Assembly: GCA_031416075.1 (NCBI GenBank)
Contig: JANOSY010000091.1
Coordinates: 1 to 64,000, forward strand
DNA from: Candidatus Tenderia sp.
Lineage (GTDB): Bacteria; Pseudomonadota; Gammaproteobacteria; Tenderiales; Tenderiaceae
Direction: 5' to 3'
DNA: 64,000 bases
This document shows positions 62,416 through 64,000 of the stretch, one piece after another. Below the pieces are notes generated by a model, which worked only from the letters and a program-made list of their open reading frames with translations, was not told where the DNA came from and did not search any database. The position numbers were made by a program, and so were the translations under genes. Every line of letters starts with the position of its first letter. Within the stretch, counting starts at the first letter, position 1.

Positions 62416-63333
62416 GTGCTCATAATAAATATAAAAAACAATAAGTTATATTCTTTTCTCCATTTAGCTTGGTGGTTATTACTCATTACCCCAACACTGC
62501 TAGCTGCTGAAGATTTATCACCCATACAAGCACAAAATGAACTTAACCTGGCAGAAGCACTGGCAAGCAGACTCAACCCCGGTGAGGCGCTCTGGCTGGA
62601 TACAGAGCAAGATAAATTTTTGGCTATATATACACCCAATCTAAACGGCCACCCCAAGGGAGGAACCGTGATCCTTCATGACGCCAACGGCCACCCAGAC
62701 TGGCCCAATGTCATCAAACCACTGCGCAAATCATTACCGCTTTACGGCTGGGCCACCCTCTCAGTCCAGCTGCCTCAACTCAACAACATTGATGGCTACA
62801 TCCCCTATCAACAACTCATCAACAGCCGAATTCAAAAAGCCGTCAAGCACCTACAATCAACCGGCATCAGTAATATCGTGGTCATCGGTCACGGCAGTGG
62901 TGGCATGGCCGCGGCCGCCTATCTTGCCAGTGACAACAGCCCCCCGGAGATCCGCGGTTTTATCGGCATTGGCCTGAGTGTCATTCCATCAGAGCACAAT
63001 GAAAACTACCTACCACTACACCTTGAAAAGATAAAACTGCCCATCCTTGACATCTATGGCAGTCGCGACCTCAGCAGCGTTATCAATACTGCCGGGCAAC
63101 GCTCTCAAGCAGCCAAGCAGTCCAGCCTTAACGCTGCCAACAACAACGAACAAGAACCCTACAAAAAAGCAGGACTATCGATGACCACCAACAACGTGCA
63201 AGGATACATCGCATATCGACAGGTCATCATCGACAGTGCCAATCACAACTTCGAGAGGGAAGCCAACACACTCAGCAAACGCGTGTTAGGCTGGCTCGAC
63301 CGCCATACCAGAGACACAGTCATCCCACCATAG
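62416..63333 (+). CDS. DUF3530-like alpha/beta-hydrolase-fold secreted protein
   Basis: VILHD...HPDW, GWATLSVQLP, IGHGSGG, PILDIYG. Confidence 0.7.
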   Translation: MLIINIKNNKLYSFLHLAWWLLLITPTLLAAEDLSPIQAQNELNLAEALASRLNPGEALWLDTEQDKFLAIYTPNLNGHPKGGTVILHDANGHPDWPNVIKPLRKSLPLYGWATLSVQLPQLNNIDGYIPYQQLINSRIQKAVKHLQSTGISNIVVIGHGSGGMAAAAYLASDNSPPEIRGFIGIGLSVIPSEHNENYLPLHLEKIKLPILDIYGSRDLSSVINTAGQRSQAAKQSSLNAANNNEQEPYKKAGLSMTTNNVQGYIAYRQVIIDSANHNFEREANTLSKRVLGWLDRHTRDTVIPP

Positions 63334-63341
63334 AGGTAACA

Positions 63342-63797
63342 ATGTCCATCGCAATCACACTTCACCTGCTCGCCGCCATGATCTGGATCGGCGGAATGTT
63401 TTTCGCCTACATGGTGCTTCGTCCATGCGCCGCACAACTACTGCCACCACCACAACGAATCACACTCTGGCACGGCTGTTTCAAACAGTTCTTTCCATGG
63501 GTATGGGGCAGCATAATAGTACTTGCAGGAACAGGCTACGGCATGACGCTGCTGCTTTTTGGTGGGATTAGTGGCAGTGGTTGGCACATAAAGGTTATGG
63601 GGTTCAACGGCTTACTAATGATCACCCTTTTTATCTATCTATATCTACATCCTTACGCCCAATTTAAACGTCTGGTGGATAAAGAAAACTACCCAGAAGC
63701 CGGGCAGGCATTAGCCACCATCAGAACCGTTATCGGAACCAACCTGATCATCGGCCTATTAACCACTATCACCGCAGCAATGGGCCGAACCAGCTAA
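63342..63797 (+). CDS. CopD-like/DUF4149 membrane protein
   Basis: LHLLAAMIWIGGMFFAYMVLRP, four TMs. Confidence 0.7.
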   Translation: MSIAITLHLLAAMIWIGGMFFAYMVLRPCAAQLLPPPQRITLWHGCFKQFFPWVWGSIIVLAGTGYGMTLLLFGGISGSGWHIKVMGFNGLLMITLFIYLYLHPYAQFKRLVDKENYPEAGQALATIRTVIGTNLIIGLLTTITAAMGRTS

Positions 63798-63927
63798 GGA
63801 ACCTCTGAATAAATCCTCCGTTCGTGGTGAGCTTGTCGAACCATGAATAGAGGACAGTTAACAATCAATAGGTTATGTTGCCAGCCCTTCGACAGGCTCA
63901 GGGCGAACGGGGTTATTCAGAGGTTCT
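63798..63927. mobile_element. 130-bp MITE with IS5-type ends containing a REP-like inverted pair and an IHF site
   Basis: TIRs GGAACCTCTGAATAA / TTATTCAGAGGTTCT (14/15), CTAA direct repeats at 63794-97 and 63928-31. Confidence 0.75.
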
Positions 63928-63954
63928 CTAACACTAATGGACCAAAATTTTGGC

Positions 63955-63983
63955 AAAAAAAAGCGGGGCACACCCCGCTTTTT
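63955..63983. terminator. Bidirectional intrinsic terminator
   Basis: AAAAAGCGGGG-CACA-CCCCGCTTTTT. Confidence 0.75.
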
Positions 63984-64000
63984 ACATTCTATAGAAAAGC

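Overview
64-kb chromosomal segment of a gammaproteobacterium (gene content suggests a Chromatiales/Thiohalomonadales-like lineage; this is inference). The backbone is housekeeping: cca, murU, gpsA-secB, gpmI-envC-ctpA, slyD, tRNA-Gln-rpsI-rplM, coq7, speD, crp, trpEGDC, gph, rpe. Accessory modules: (1) A ~15-kb multiheme cytochrome operon (22.9-37.6 kb, - strand) with 24 CXXCH motifs in total. It encodes an OmcE-like tetraheme, a PPIase, an OM beta-barrel, three trihemes, a cupredoxin-motif lipoprotein, two NHL lipoproteins, an undecaheme whose N-terminus is a second OmcE-like module, and its own System II (ResB/CcsA) maturation genes. It resembles the uet cluster and reads as a candidate cytochrome-nanowire assembly line. 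(2) An ~8.7-kb locus splitting trpE from trpG that encodes a DUF4402 chaperone/usher-like pilus with a SPOR-fused usher, a FlgT-like lipoprotein under a sigma54 promoter, and a perfect (TATTTAT)12 repeat upstream of the major subunit. (3) An unannotated ~80-nt sigma54-dependent sRNA candidate whose seed is complementary to the crp RBS/start codon in this window. (4) An AT-rich GH73 muramidase plus lipoprotein pair (effector/immunity-like). (5) A 130-bp IS5-type MITE carrying a REP pair around an IHF site. All family calls come from motif recognition only; no searches were run.
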